DNA of 64,000 nt from Bacteroidales bacterium (GCA_013314715.1 JABUFC010000012.1:169-64168); one strand, 5' to 3'; counted from the first letter of the stretch, positions 16,918-27,240 are shown. Notes: generated by a model not told the origin, from the letters alone. A program made the numbers and translations.

Positions 16918-18041
16918 TGGCAGGCATTTATATTCACATACCTTTTTGTAAAACCCGCTGCGTTTATTGCGATTTTTACAGCACCACTCAAATAGATCAT
17001 TTTCTGCCACTTATCGAAGCAGAACAAATCGAACTTATCGAACAATCAAGCCAATATTCAGAACCCATTGATACCATTTATTTTGGCGGAGGTACCCCAT
17101 CGTTTCTCCCAACAGCCTATATAGAAACCCTACTCAACACCATAGTTAAATATTATAACCTTTCCGACAAAGCTGAAATTACCTTAGAAGCCAATCCCGA
17201 CGATCTCTATATCGAAAAAATAAAAAACTACAAAACAATCGGAATTAATCGTTTGAGCATTGGTATTCAATCGTTTCATGACGACATATTACAATTTTTA
17301 TCTCGCAGGCATACAGCAAAAAAAGCTATCGATTCGGTAAAATGGGCACAAAAAATAGGTTTTGATAATATAAGCATCGATTTAATGTATGGCATTTCTG
17401 GTTTAACATCAGAAATATGGGATAAAACCCTTGATAATGCAGTAAAATTAGGTGTACAGCATATTTCTGCCTATCATTTAACCTTTGAAAAAGGTACGCC
17501 GCTTTACCAGAAGCATAAAAATAAAGAGATTTCAACTATCAGTGAAGACGAAAGCGTTAATCAATATCAATTACTTATTGAAAAGATGGCACAATATAAT
17601 TTTATTCATTATGAGGTGTCGAATTTTGCTTTAGCCGGATTTGAATCGAAACATAATGCTGCGTATTGGCATCAGAAAAAATACATTGGTATAGGACCAT
17701 CGGCTCATTCTTATACAGGTACTACAAGGCGTTGGAACATATCATCATTATTTGATTATATTCATAAAATTAAAACACATAGCAATGCCTACGAAGAAGA
17801 GGTATTGACAACGGTTAATAAGTTTAATGAATATTTATTGACTCATTTAAGACTCAATACTGGTGCCGATTTTAATGAGTTGTCGATTATTGATAAAAAT
17901 ATTTTTGAAAAATGGCATTTAAAATATCAAGCAGTTTTAAAAACAGGACTTATTTCGGAAAAGCCAAATGGATTTTTTATAAATGAAAATAATTGGCTTT
18001 TGTTAGATTATATCTTAACTCAATTATGGGTTGATGTATAA
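16917..18041 (+). CDS. hemW: Radical SAM family heme chaperone HemW (HemN-like, oxygen-independent coproporphyrinogen oxidase family)
   Basis: 'IYIHIPFCKTRCVYCDF' CxxxCxxC motif, 'IYFGGGTPS', and a HemN C-terminal-like domain. The ATG shares one base with the gltX stop (TAATG). Confidence 0.9.
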   Translation: MAGIYIHIPFCKTRCVYCDFYSTTQIDHFLPLIEAEQIELIEQSSQYSEPIDTIYFGGGTPSFLPTAYIETLLNTIVKYYNLSDKAEITLEANPDDLYIEKIKNYKTIGINRLSIGIQSFHDDILQFLSRRHTAKKAIDSVKWAQKIGFDNISIDLMYGISGLTSEIWDKTLDNAVKLGVQHISAYHLTFEKGTPLYQKHKNKEISTISEDESVNQYQLLIEKMAQYNFIHYEVSNFALAGFESKHNAAYWHQKKYIGIGPSAHSYTGTTRRWNISSLFDYIHKIKTHSNAYEEEVLTTVNKFNEYLLTHLRLNTGADFNELSIIDKNIFEKWHLKYQAVLKTGLISEKPNGFFINENNWLLLDYILTQLWVDV

Positions 18042-18147
18042 AAATTATAGAAAATTATCTTTACCATAAATATTTTGTTTTCAAACAAAAAAGTTGATTC
18101 ATTACAATTTTTGCCACTTATTTTAAACTTTATGCGTCATTAAATTG

Positions 18148-18155
18148 TATTTTTG
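18148..18155 (+). promoter_or_regulatory. -7 promoter box TATTTTTG for the flippase gene
   Basis: Fits TAnnTTTG, 15 nt upstream of GTG 18170. Confidence 0.45.
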
Positions 18156-18169
18156 TCAAAAATTTTGGC

Positions 18170-19618
18170 GTGAGGCGATTTTTTGTAACAAATTTATTTA
18201 TTGTACTTTTACTTAATCTTTTGGTTAAGCCATTTTGGATATTTGGTATAGACCGAAGTGTTCAAAATGCTGTTGGTAGCGAAGAGTATGGTTTTTATTT
18301 TGCTTTATTTAATTTTACGCTTATTTTGAATATTTTACTCGATTTAGGCATCACAAATTATAATAATCGCAATATAGCTCAACATAATCAGTTGCTCAAT
18401 AAACACTTATCGAATGTACTTTCGCTAAAGTTGCTACTTTTTGTATTTTATACCGTTGTGGTTTTTTCTTTAGCTCATATTGTTCGATACAATCAACGAC
18501 AACTTTATTTGATTGTTTTTTTGGTTATTAATCAGTTTTTTCTTTCGCTTATTTTATATCTGCGTTCGAACATTAGTGCTTTGCAGTTATTTAAAACAGA
18601 TAGCATTATATCGGTATTAGATCGACTTATTATGATCATCTTATGTTCGTTGATGCTTTGGTCAAGTCTTTTCTCAAAACCTTTTACTATTGAAAAGTTT
18701 GTTTATGCTCAGACCGTTTCTTATGTCATTGCAGCAACCATTGCGTTATGGATAGTATTAAAAAAAGCCGGGAAAATATATTTACATGTTGATTGGCAAT
18801 TTTTTATTGTTTTTTTAAAACAAAGCTACCCTTATGCTTTGCTTATTCTGCTTATGGCTTTTTATAATCGTATTGATGGCGTTATGTTAGAACGTATGCT
18901 CGAAAATGGTAAAGAGCAAGCGGGAATTTATGCTCAATCGTTTCGAATCCTCGATGCTGCAAGTATGATCGCTTTTTTGTTTAGTGGTTTATTATTGCCC
19001 ATGTTTTCTAAAATGCTTAAAGAAAAACAAGATGTTTATCCGTTGGTTCAGTTATCGTATAAACTTATCATATTACCCGTTATTATTTTCCTTATAGTGG
19101 CAATAACTTATGCACCTCAAATAATGAATTTGCTTTATCATCACAACGATGATTATTCTGTTGCTGTATTTAGAGTTTTAATTATTGGCTTGTTTGCAAC
19201 TTCAACAACGTATATATACGGTACGTTATTGACATCTAATGGTAATTTAAAAGAGCTTAATATTATGGCTTTTATAACCATGTTAATTAATATAACATTG
19301 AATTTGATTTTGATTCCTCGTTTTCAAGCTTTAGGTTCTGCTTTTTCGAGTATTACTGCTCAATTATTTGCTGCAATTTTTCAAATATATTTATCGTTAA
19401 AAATATTTCATTTTAAAATAAACAAAAAATTCTTATTGCAATTGATGTTTATATTAGTTTTTACTATTGTTACAGCTTGTATTGTTTCGCTATATATTTC
19501 AAATTGGTTAATAGGTTCTACTATTATTATAACGATAGGTGGACTGGTTATTATTTTTACAAAAGCTATTGATATTAAGATGTTTATCTCGGTTTTAAAA
19601 TCGAGTAAAACCGAATAA
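18170..19618 (+). CDS. Oligosaccharide/polysaccharide flippase family (Wzx/MOP superfamily) membrane protein
   Basis: 482 aa, GTG start, about 12-14 hydrophobic segments throughout. Size and pattern fit polysaccharide biosynthesis (MOP) exporters. Confidence 0.65.
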   Translation: MRRFFVTNLFIVLLLNLLVKPFWIFGIDRSVQNAVGSEEYGFYFALFNFTLILNILLDLGITNYNNRNIAQHNQLLNKHLSNVLSLKLLLFVFYTVVVFSLAHIVRYNQRQLYLIVFLVINQFFLSLILYLRSNISALQLFKTDSIISVLDRLIMIILCSLMLWSSLFSKPFTIEKFVYAQTVSYVIAATIALWIVLKKAGKIYLHVDWQFFIVFLKQSYPYALLILLMAFYNRIDGVMLERMLENGKEQAGIYAQSFRILDAASMIAFLFSGLLLPMFSKMLKEKQDVYPLVQLSYKLIILPVIIFLIVAITYAPQIMNLLYHHNDDYSVAVFRVLIIGLFATSTTYIYGTLLTSNGNLKELNIMAFITMLINITLNLILIPRFQALGSAFSSITAQLFAAIFQIYLSLKIFHFKINKKFLLQLMFILVFTIVTACIVSLYISNWLIGSTIIITIGGLVIIFTKAIDIKMFISVLKSSKTE

Positions 19619-19645
19619 TTATTTTGTAATTACTTTTTTTTGATT

Positions 19646-19653
19646 TACTTTTG
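19646..19653 (+). promoter_or_regulatory. -7 promoter box TACTTTTG for the hybrid kinase gene
   Basis: Fits TAnnTTTG. It overlaps the ORF-track TTG start (19651) and lies 25 nt upstream of ATG 19678. Confidence 0.45.
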
Positions 19654-19677
19654 CTTAATAAAATAGCTGAATTTTCA

Positions 19678-22600
19678 ATGAACCATCAAAACTTTCATGT
19701 TTCTGATACTTCTAATTTTCTATTCCAACCATCCTCTGAAATTTTAATTATTACTAATCAAAACGGTATAATTATTAACACGAATACATTAGCAGAGTCG
19801 TTTTTTAATCGTTCTCCATTAAATGGATTAGTTGCTAAAGATATTTTAAGTTTAAAAACAAAAAAGGGCGAAATCGTAGGTTGTCCTATTTTGAAGTGTA
19901 TTCAAGAAAATCAAACAATAGAGTCTTTAGAACCTTTATTGTTAGTACAAAACAATAAACTAGTAACTTTTAAAGCTATTCCTATCAATATTGATAAAAA
20001 TAATTATGGATGTTTGTTCATAATTAGAGATATAAATCAAACTGAAAAAATAAAAAATCTAAGTCAAGAAGATATCCAAAATTTACCAACAATATTTAAA
20101 AATGCTCCTTTGGGCATAGCTATTATAGATATTTGGGGCAATATATTGGAAGTAAATTCTGCTATGTTGACTATATTGGGATCTCCTTCGGCAGAGGCAA
20201 CTAAACAAATCAATATTTTGCAATTTAAGCCTTTACAGGAAACTCCTTTAATTGGCTTATTTAATAAGGCTTTAGAAACTAAAAATATAACCTCCGATAC
20301 CGCTAAGTATTTTACAAAGTGGGGAAAATTAATATATGTTTACTACCAATTAGTTCCTATTATTCAAGACGATGAAGTAAAGCAAATATGGCTTTATGTA
20401 AACGACTTAACACCTGTTTATATTGCTCAAGAAAAAGAAACACTTATTAAAAATCAAATTGCTCTTTTACATCAATTTTCGTACGAGTTTATTACACTCG
20501 ATAATAGCTATAACCCATTTGTTTTTATTGGTGAAAAAGTAAAAAAACTTTTCCCCGATTGTACAATAACAATAAATAAATATTACCCAACGAAAAATCT
20601 TTTTATAACTGAATTTTTATATTCTCCCAAACCATCGGTTCAAGAACTATCAGAAAAACTAAAACAAAAAAAAGCACTATTGTCGTACACCTTACCTCAA
20701 GAACTTTGGCCTTTAAATTTTCAAGGGAAATTTATTAAAATACCACACGAAGATTTTTTAACAGTACAGTTCTCAATAAAACAAGAAGAAATAATAAAAC
20801 TTTTATTAACTGCTCAAGTTGAATCCATATATTCCATGGGGTTTATCAATAATTCTATACTCATGGGAAACATTACCCTTTTTACTCATAAAGAAGAAAC
20901 AAATATCGAAATTCTCGAATTACTTATAAATCAGGCGTCGTTGCTTTTACAACGTCATTTATCGCAAAAAAAAATCAACGAAAATCATGCTTTTTATAAG
21001 TCGATATTAAATACTATTGACGATTTTATTTTGGTTGTGGATGTAAATTACAAGATCGTTTTTACCAATCAACCTTTATTGCAGTTATTAGCTAATTATA
21101 ACTATTCAACATCTGTTTTAGGGCTCGAAATAAAAGAAGCTGTACCTTTTTTAAATCAAAATATATACAATTATCTTATTACATGTAAAAACACTAAACA
21201 AAGTCAACTATTTCAAAGCACATCTTTAATAAACAATACACTTGTTTATTATCAGACCAACATTTCATATTTGTCTACCGATCAAGACGATGAACAATTT
21301 ATTATTGCAATACGCGATGTTACGAAATTAGCACTTAAATCGAAAGAAGTTGAAACACTTACTTCTATTAACCAAAAAATTATAGAAAACCTAAATGAAG
21401 GAGTTTTAATCGTAGATACTGATTACAAAATAAAAGTTGTCAATCAACCGTTTTGTGATTATTTTGAAATAGAAAAAAACAAACTTACCGACACATCTGT
21501 AATTAACGTTTTCCCTCCAAAATTCAAAGATAAAGCCATTGAAATCATAAATAACTTAAAACAAAACCCTACTAATTTATATTTTGAGTTTCCATTCGAA
21601 AATAGCAAAGGAATCAAGAAAATATTCTCTGAAGAACTTCATCCAATTATCGAAAATAATAAAGTAATTTTTATTTTAGTTTTAGTAAAAGATATTACCG
21701 AACAAAAAAACAGAGAGTTAACACTTATTGATTCAAAAGAAAAGGCAGAATTAAGCAACCGCTTAAAATCGACTTTTATAGCTACCATTAGTCACGAAAT
21801 TAGAAATTCACTCAATGCTATTCATGGTTTTGCTCATTTGCTGCAAAAAGCTGACCTTTCTGACAACAAACGAGACCAATATATAAAACAAATCAATGCC
21901 AGTTCGTCAACACTTTCGCGTATTATTGACGACCTTATTGATTATACTAAATTTGAGACAGGAAACCTACAGCTTATTTTCGAAACAGTCTTTTTATACG
22001 ACTTGTTAAAAGAATTATACGAGCAATATCAACAAGAATTGCTAATTAGAAACAAACAACATATTTCGCTTGTTTTAGAGAACACACCCGACGATAATCT
22101 ACCTTTTGAAACCGATAAATTACGATTAAAGCAAATTCTTTCGAACCTCTTAATCAATGCTATTAAATATACTTATTCGGGCAAAATATGTTTTGGCTAT
22201 AAAATCTACAACAATAGCATTATTTTTTATGTAAAAGATACCGGGACAGGCATTAAAGAAGAACACATTCCACAATTATTTAAACCATTTGTACAATTAA
22301 GTTCTAACTATACTACCGAACAAAAAGGTGCAGGTTTAGGTTTAACCATAATTAAAACACTTACGGAACTAATGGGGGGAAGTATTCATGTAGAATCGAA
22401 ATGGCAAGTTGGAAGTACCTTCTCCGTTCGTTTTCCTTATCGTCATACATTTACCTTTGAAAACACAACAACTAACGTAGAAAAACACTGCTCTATTGCA
22501 CGACCATTAACCATTCTTATTGCCGAAGACGATGACATCAATTACATGTTCATAGAAGAAATGCTGTCGGAATATAATTTTACACTTATACACGCACGAA

Positions 22601-22866
22601 ATGGTAAAGAAGCGGTTGAACTTTTTACTGAAAAAATGGAGCAAATAAATTTAGTTTTAATGGACATACAAATGCCTATTATGGATGGCTTTGTTGCAAC
22701 TCAAAAAATAAAAATACTCAAACCAGACATCCCAGTAATTGCCCAAACCGCTTATGCATATTCAACCGAAATTGAGATGAGCAAACAAGTTGGATGTTCA
22801 GATTATATCATTAAACCCATCGAATTAGAAGTACTAATACAGAAAATAGAACAATACGCAAAATAA
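19678..22866 (+). CDS. Hybrid sensor histidine kinase/response regulator with multiple PAS-like domains, no obvious TM segment
   Basis: HisKA H-box 'ATISHEIRNSLNAIHGF'. HATPase 'NLLINAIKYT...DTGTGI...GAGLGLTI'. C-terminal receiver 'ILIAEDDDINY...LVLMDIQMPIMDG...IKP'. A TAnnTTTG box at 19646-19653 overlaps the track's TTG start (19651), so ATG 19678 is preferred. Confidence 0.9.
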   Translation: MNHQNFHVSDTSNFLFQPSSEILIITNQNGIIINTNTLAESFFNRSPLNGLVAKDILSLKTKKGEIVGCPILKCIQENQTIESLEPLLLVQNNKLVTFKAIPINIDKNNYGCLFIIRDINQTEKIKNLSQEDIQNLPTIFKNAPLGIAIIDIWGNILEVNSAMLTILGSPSAEATKQINILQFKPLQETPLIGLFNKALETKNITSDTAKYFTKWGKLIYVYYQLVPIIQDDEVKQIWLYVNDLTPVYIAQEKETLIKNQIALLHQFSYEFITLDNSYNPFVFIGEKVKKLFPDCTITINKYYPTKNLFITEFLYSPKPSVQELSEKLKQKKALLSYTLPQELWPLNFQGKFIKIPHEDFLTVQFSIKQEEIIKLLLTAQVESIYSMGFINNSILMGNITLFTHKEETNIEILELLINQASLLLQRHLSQKKINENHAFYKSILNTIDDFILVVDVNYKIVFTNQPLLQLLANYNYSTSVLGLEIKEAVPFLNQNIYNYLITCKNTKQSQLFQSTSLINNTLVYYQTNISYLSTDQDDEQFIIAIRDVTKLALKSKEVETLTSINQKIIENLNEGVLIVDTDYKIKVVNQPFCDYFEIEKNKLTDTSVINVFPPKFKDKAIEIINNLKQNPTNLYFEFPFENSKGIKKIFSEELHPIIENNKVIFILVLVKDITEQKNRELTLIDSKEKAELSNRLKSTFIATISHEIRNSLNAIHGFAHLLQKADLSDNKRDQYIKQINASSSTLSRIIDDLIDYTKFETGNLQLIFETVFLYDLLKELYEQYQQELLIRNKQHISLVLENTPDDNLPFETDKLRLKQILSNLLINAIKYTYSGKICFGYKIYNNSIIFYVKDTGTGIKEEHIPQLFKPFVQLSSNYTTEQKGAGLGLTIIKTLTELMGGSIHVESKWQVGSTFSVRFPYRHTFTFENTTTNVEKHCSIARPLTILIAEDDDINYMFIEEMLSEYNFTLIHARNGKEAVELFTEKMEQINLVLMDIQMPIMDGFVATQKIKILKPDIPVIAQTAYAYSTEIEMSKQVGCSDYIIKPIELEVLIQKIEQYAK

Positions 22867-22909
22867 CAATTATCATTTAAATAAAGTTGCTTTTTAAAGC
22901 AAATTGCAA

Positions 22910-22935
22910 TTTGAGACATTTGCAAAAGTCTCAAA
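22910..22935 (+). terminator. Hairpin downstream of the hybrid kinase gene (terminator-like, no T-tract)
   Basis: Perfect 8-bp stem tttgagac (22910-22917) / gtctcaaa (22928-22935) with a 10-nt loop. It is preceded by a second palindrome, ttgcttt..aaagcaa (22887-22902). Confidence 0.35.
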
Positions 22936-22937
22936 TT

Positions 22938-22964
22938 AACAAAGTTCAAGAAATAAAAAATAAT
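22938..22964 (+). repeat. 27-nt intergenic repeat (second copy at 8-34)
   Basis: aacaaagttcaagaaataAAaaataat (22938-22964) versus aacaaagttcaagaaataTCaaataat (8-34). That is 18 nt exact and 25/27 overall, same orientation, both in non-coding DNA just beyond a gene's 3' end. Confidence 0.5.
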
Positions 22965-23078
22965 CTGGTTGATCAAATTTTTTATTCAATTTCAATGCAA
23001 TTTTAATATATATAGCTATTAACATTATTTCGTTCATTATTTATTTAAATGTACCGAAAAAAATAATAGCTTTATATG

Positions 23079-23086
23079 TAAGTTTG
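23079..23086 (+). promoter_or_regulatory. -7 promoter box TAAGTTTG (would give a leaderless or near-leaderless mRNA)
   Basis: Fits TAnnTTTG. Only 4 nt separate the box from ATG 23091. Confidence 0.4.
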
Positions 23087-23090
23087 TGCT

Positions 23091-25889
23091 ATGATGAAAT
23101 GGATTCGCATATCGGTTGTTTTAATTTTTTTGATAGGTATCGTGGTAGGTGGAATATATTACTACCAAAATTCGTTTATCGAAAAAGAAGTTATGGTTTC
23201 TGATATCTATAAGTATATTCCTACCGATGCTGCCCTAATTATTGAAGCTAAAAATATATCGAACCTAAATACAGCTTTAAATCATTCGAGCAAGCCGTGG
23301 TCTTTACTCAAAAATATAAAAGAAATAGAACGATTAAATCAACAAATAAATTATTTTGACAGTGTTGTAAAATATCATCCATTATTCAAATACAACTCAA
23401 CTAAGGGTCCCGTATTACTATCGTTTCATCCCAGTGGTAAAAAAGATTTTAATACATTATTAATAGTAAACTTTGGTTCAAATACGAGCGAAGCAACCGC
23501 TCAATCAGTTGTTCAAGATTTGTACGGTCATCCTATTACGATAAATGAAAAAACATACAACGATCAAGTTATATTTTCGGTTATTGCCAACCCAAATGAT
23601 GTAATATCATCGTTTCATTTTTGTTTTATACATGGTCTTTTTATTGCTTCAAATTCTTCGTTAATGGTTGAAGAGGTATTGCGTCAACATCAAAGCCAAT
23701 ATTCGCTATTCGACAATCCGTCGTTTAAGAAAGTTGTAAAAACGGCCGGGCAAAACGTTGAAGCCAATCTTTTTATAAATCACAAACTTTTTAATAAGCT
23801 TTGGAAAAAATGGCTATCGTCCGATTTGCAAAAGGCAAATATCAACACAAGTTTAGCAGAATGGTCGGCATTCGATTTACATGTCTCGCAAAACATGTTT
23901 TTAATCAATGGTTTTATAGATCATGGCGACTCACTAGTAAATTATTTAAAAATTTTATCAAGTCAGGAATCTGTCGATTTTAGCTTCGACAATATTATCC
24001 CTAAAGAAAGTCATACCTTTTTGTTTTTAAGCATGAGTCATTTTAAAAATTGGCAAGAAGCATACAGCATATTTTTAGAATCGTATGGTTTACGTAAAGG
24101 CAGAGACCAAACTTTATCCTTATTGAAAAAAAATCAACAAATCGATATTATTCGCTTATTCGATCAATTGATATATAAAGAAGTCGGTTTGGTCTTTGCT
24201 TCTAATCCCGAATCGAGCGATAGCCTTCAGAGCGATGACACCTTTTTTATTATCAATACCGATAATCAAACAAGTTCAAAAGAGATGTTAGACAGTGTGC
24301 TCGAAAACTATGCTCAAGCTAAAGGCAAAAAATACAACGACTATATTTTAAATTTAAAATTAGATAACGAACTTTCGTCCGAAATCTATAGTTTTCCTAT
24401 TACAAATATACCTGAAATATTATTTGGTAGTGCCTTTTCGAATGCTGGCAGCCGCTATGCTGCTTTTATCGATAATTATCTGATATTTACAAAGTCTAAG
24501 CGAGCCTTACAGCGTATTTTATATGCCAATACGCTAAAAAAAACACTCAAAAACGAAGAACTATATCGCTCTTATACCGATATGCTCGATAAAGAATCGA
24601 ACCTTTTATTTTATTGCGATATTGCTCGTGCTAAAACGTTTCTAAAAACAACACTTCACACCAACATTTTCCGTGTTTTAGAGCAAAATTTCGAAATTGT
24701 TCGACAAATGGATGCTGTAAGTTGTCAAATATCGAACAACAACGACTTATTATATACCAGTTTGTATGTTCGCTATAGTCCCGAAATAAAACAAAATACG
24801 CATACCGTTTGGGAAAGTAAGCTCGATACAACCATTAGTATGAAACCTTATTTTGTAATAAATCATACGAATCAGGAAAAAGAAATATGGGTTCAAGATG
24901 ATGCCAATAACATATATCTTATCAATAATTCGGGTCGCATATTATGGAAAAATCATTTGCCCGAAAAAATAAAAAGCGATATTTTTCAAGTAGATTTAAT
25001 GAAGAATAAACGGTTGCAATATCTGTTCAGTACCAAAAATTACATTTATATTGTTGATCGTAATGGCGAGGTATTAGAAAATTATCCTATAAAACTAAAA
25101 GCTCCTGCAACAAATGCTATGAGCCTTATAACTATAAATAAAAAAAATGAACAACGTATATGGATTGCTTGTGCCGACAAAAAAGTGTATTGTTATACAC
25201 TTGCAGGGAAATTAGACAAAACATGGACTTTTGAAACTACTAACCATTTTGTTTATCAACCAGTACAATACGTTTCTTTCGACAATAAAGAATATATTTA
25301 TTTTGTCGATACCCTTAACATCTATATTTTAAACCAACAAGGCAAACCAGCTATTAACATAAAACAACATTTTCCAATAAATCGTAATGCACAACTTTAT
25401 TTTGAACCCAAAAATCATGAAACTGAAACTCGGTTTGTAATTAATGACATCGAAGGGAATATTCATTTTATTTATCTCGATGGAAAAGTAAAATCATGTT
25501 CATTCGATAAATTTAGCCCTCATCATTATTTTTTATATAACGATATGGATGCCGATGGTTATTCCGATTTTATTTTTGTTGACGAAGACGAACTTTTAAT
25601 TTATCAACGTAATAAAAAAATAATGCTAAGCTATTCGTTACCTTCTAAGCCTTTATATAAACCCATATTTTACGAGTTTCCACTATCGAAAAATAAAATA
25701 GGTTTAGTTTGCAAAAATTCGATTTTATTGGTTGATAAAGATGGCAAAATGCCAAGCGGATTTCCTTTAAAAGGAATAAGTCCATTTAGCATAAGTATTT
25801 TTAGCACCACTATCAAAAACTATTACTTAATAGTAGGAAGCGATAATGGCTATTTGCTAAATTACGAAGTGTTTACGAACAAGCAATAG
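23091..25889 (+). CDS. Large membrane-anchored protein of unknown function with C-terminal beta-propeller-like repeats
   Basis: N-terminal TM 'WIRISVVLIFLIGIVVGGIYYY'. The C-terminal ~370 aa carries repeated 'IY.(I/V)...G..L..(F/Y)P.K' strands plus an FG-GAP-like 'DMDADGYSDFIFVD'. The N-terminal ~550 aa reminds me of DUF3352 proteins (memory only). Confidence 0.6.
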   Translation: MMKWIRISVVLIFLIGIVVGGIYYYQNSFIEKEVMVSDIYKYIPTDAALIIEAKNISNLNTALNHSSKPWSLLKNIKEIERLNQQINYFDSVVKYHPLFKYNSTKGPVLLSFHPSGKKDFNTLLIVNFGSNTSEATAQSVVQDLYGHPITINEKTYNDQVIFSVIANPNDVISSFHFCFIHGLFIASNSSLMVEEVLRQHQSQYSLFDNPSFKKVVKTAGQNVEANLFINHKLFNKLWKKWLSSDLQKANINTSLAEWSAFDLHVSQNMFLINGFIDHGDSLVNYLKILSSQESVDFSFDNIIPKESHTFLFLSMSHFKNWQEAYSIFLESYGLRKGRDQTLSLLKKNQQIDIIRLFDQLIYKEVGLVFASNPESSDSLQSDDTFFIINTDNQTSSKEMLDSVLENYAQAKGKKYNDYILNLKLDNELSSEIYSFPITNIPEILFGSAFSNAGSRYAAFIDNYLIFTKSKRALQRILYANTLKKTLKNEELYRSYTDMLDKESNLLFYCDIARAKTFLKTTLHTNIFRVLEQNFEIVRQMDAVSCQISNNNDLLYTSLYVRYSPEIKQNTHTVWESKLDTTISMKPYFVINHTNQEKEIWVQDDANNIYLINNSGRILWKNHLPEKIKSDIFQVDLMKNKRLQYLFSTKNYIYIVDRNGEVLENYPIKLKAPATNAMSLITINKKNEQRIWIACADKKVYCYTLAGKLDKTWTFETTNHFVYQPVQYVSFDNKEYIYFVDTLNIYILNQQGKPAINIKQHFPINRNAQLYFEPKNHETETRFVINDIEGNIHFIYLDGKVKSCSFDKFSPHHYFLYNDMDADGYSDFIFVDEDELLIYQRNKKIMLSYSLPSKPLYKPIFYEFPLSKNKIGLVCKNSILLVDKDGKMPSGFPLKGISPFSISIFSTTIKNYYLIVGSDNGYLLNYEVFTNKQ

Positions 25890-27234
25890 AACAACGATTA
25901 CAACGCGATAGTTCGCCTCTCAAGCGTTTATCAACCAAGGTTTCTACTTCTTCTTTTAATGCATCAATGAGTATTTGTTTGGTTATTTCGCTGGCAAAAG
26001 CAACCATTAGTAATTGGCAAGCTTCTTTATGAGCAATGCCACGCGAACGCAGGTAAAACATAGCTTCATCGTCGAGTTTACCTGTGGCAGAACCGTGGCT
26101 ACATTTAACATCGTCGGCATAAATTTCAAGTTGTGGTTTTGAGCGTACTTTTGCCGAAGGGTTAATGATAAGGTTTTTATTCGATTGATAAGCATTTGTT
26201 TTTTGAGCTCCTTTTTCAACTAATATTTTACCAGAAAAAATTCCGGTGGCTTCATCGTCGAGGATACCTTTAAAAAGTTGATTGCTTTCGCAATTAGTTG
26301 TATGATGTTTTACAAAAGTATGATAATCAATATGTTGATTTTTATCTGCTAGCCATAAACCATTAAGGTTCGATTGAGCTTCTGAGCCTATTAAATCAAC
26401 CCACAGGTTGTTGCGAACAGTTCCACCATGAAGGGTTATAAAAGCCGTATGAAATTGACTTTCTTTTTCTTGTTCAATATAATTATTTGTTATTTGAACG
26501 GAATGATTATGAGCATTTTGCATTCGATAAAAACTTAGTTTAGCTTTTTCTTTTAAAAATACTTCCATTAATCCATTCATAATAAAAGGACTGGGGTTAA
26601 GGCTATGGTCGCATACTAAAATTTGATTTTCGAATTCACTTTCGCTAATAATTAAGTGACGTGGATAAACCTGGATAGGTTCGTCGGCAACTACAATGTT
26701 TATGAGTTGTATAGGCTTTTCTAATTGTGCTTTAGCAGGAATATAAATAAAAATCCCGTCTTGCATTAAAGCTTCATTAATAGTGCTTAGTTCGTCATGG
26801 TATTTATGAGCGGCTTTGCCTAAATATGAAAAAACTAATTCGGGATATTGGTTAATGGCTTCGTTAAGGCTTCCAACAATAATGCCATTTGAGTGTTTTA
26901 TTAATTTGGGTTGTTGAACAGTAGCATAATACCAACCATTCATAAGTACAATAACTTGAGTATTGAGCGTTGGTACATCGCATTTAAAAACTTCATCAAT
27001 GTTTATGTTTTCAGATTTTAAATATGGATAAAACTGATATTTCCCTGTATAGTGCTGTTCAATACTTGTGTATTTATAATTTTCGTTTTTTTTGTTGGGA
27101 AGCCCCTTTTGTAAAAACTTTTCATAAGCTTCTTTTCGAATTGCAACAATTGGTTGTGTTCCCGAATCCAACACCGTCTCCATTGCTTTCTGAATATTTT
27201 CTTGGGCTATATTTTGAATAAGATTTGTTGACAT
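25873..27234 (-). CDS. sufD: Fe-S cluster assembly protein SufD
   Basis: Third gene of the sufB-sufC-sufD order. Beta-helix region 'VRSKPQLEIYADDVKCSHGSATGKLDDEAMFYLRSRGI' is typical of SufB/SufD family proteins. Confidence 0.9.
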   Translation of the reverse strand: MSTNLIQNIAQENIQKAMETVLDSGTQPIVAIRKEAYEKFLQKGLPNKKNENYKYTSIEQHYTGKYQFYPYLKSENINIDEVFKCDVPTLNTQVIVLMNGWYYATVQQPKLIKHSNGIIVGSLNEAINQYPELVFSYLGKAAHKYHDELSTINEALMQDGIFIYIPAKAQLEKPIQLINIVVADEPIQVYPRHLIISESEFENQILVCDHSLNPSPFIMNGLMEVFLKEKAKLSFYRMQNAHNHSVQITNNYIEQEKESQFHTAFITLHGGTVRNNLWVDLIGSEAQSNLNGLWLADKNQHIDYHTFVKHHTTNCESNQLFKGILDDEATGIFSGKILVEKGAQKTNAYQSNKNLIINPSAKVRSKPQLEIYADDVKCSHGSATGKLDDEAMFYLRSRGIAHKEACQLLMVAFASEITKQILIDALKEEVETLVDKRLRGELSRCNRCSIACS

Positions 27235-27240
27235 AAGCTG

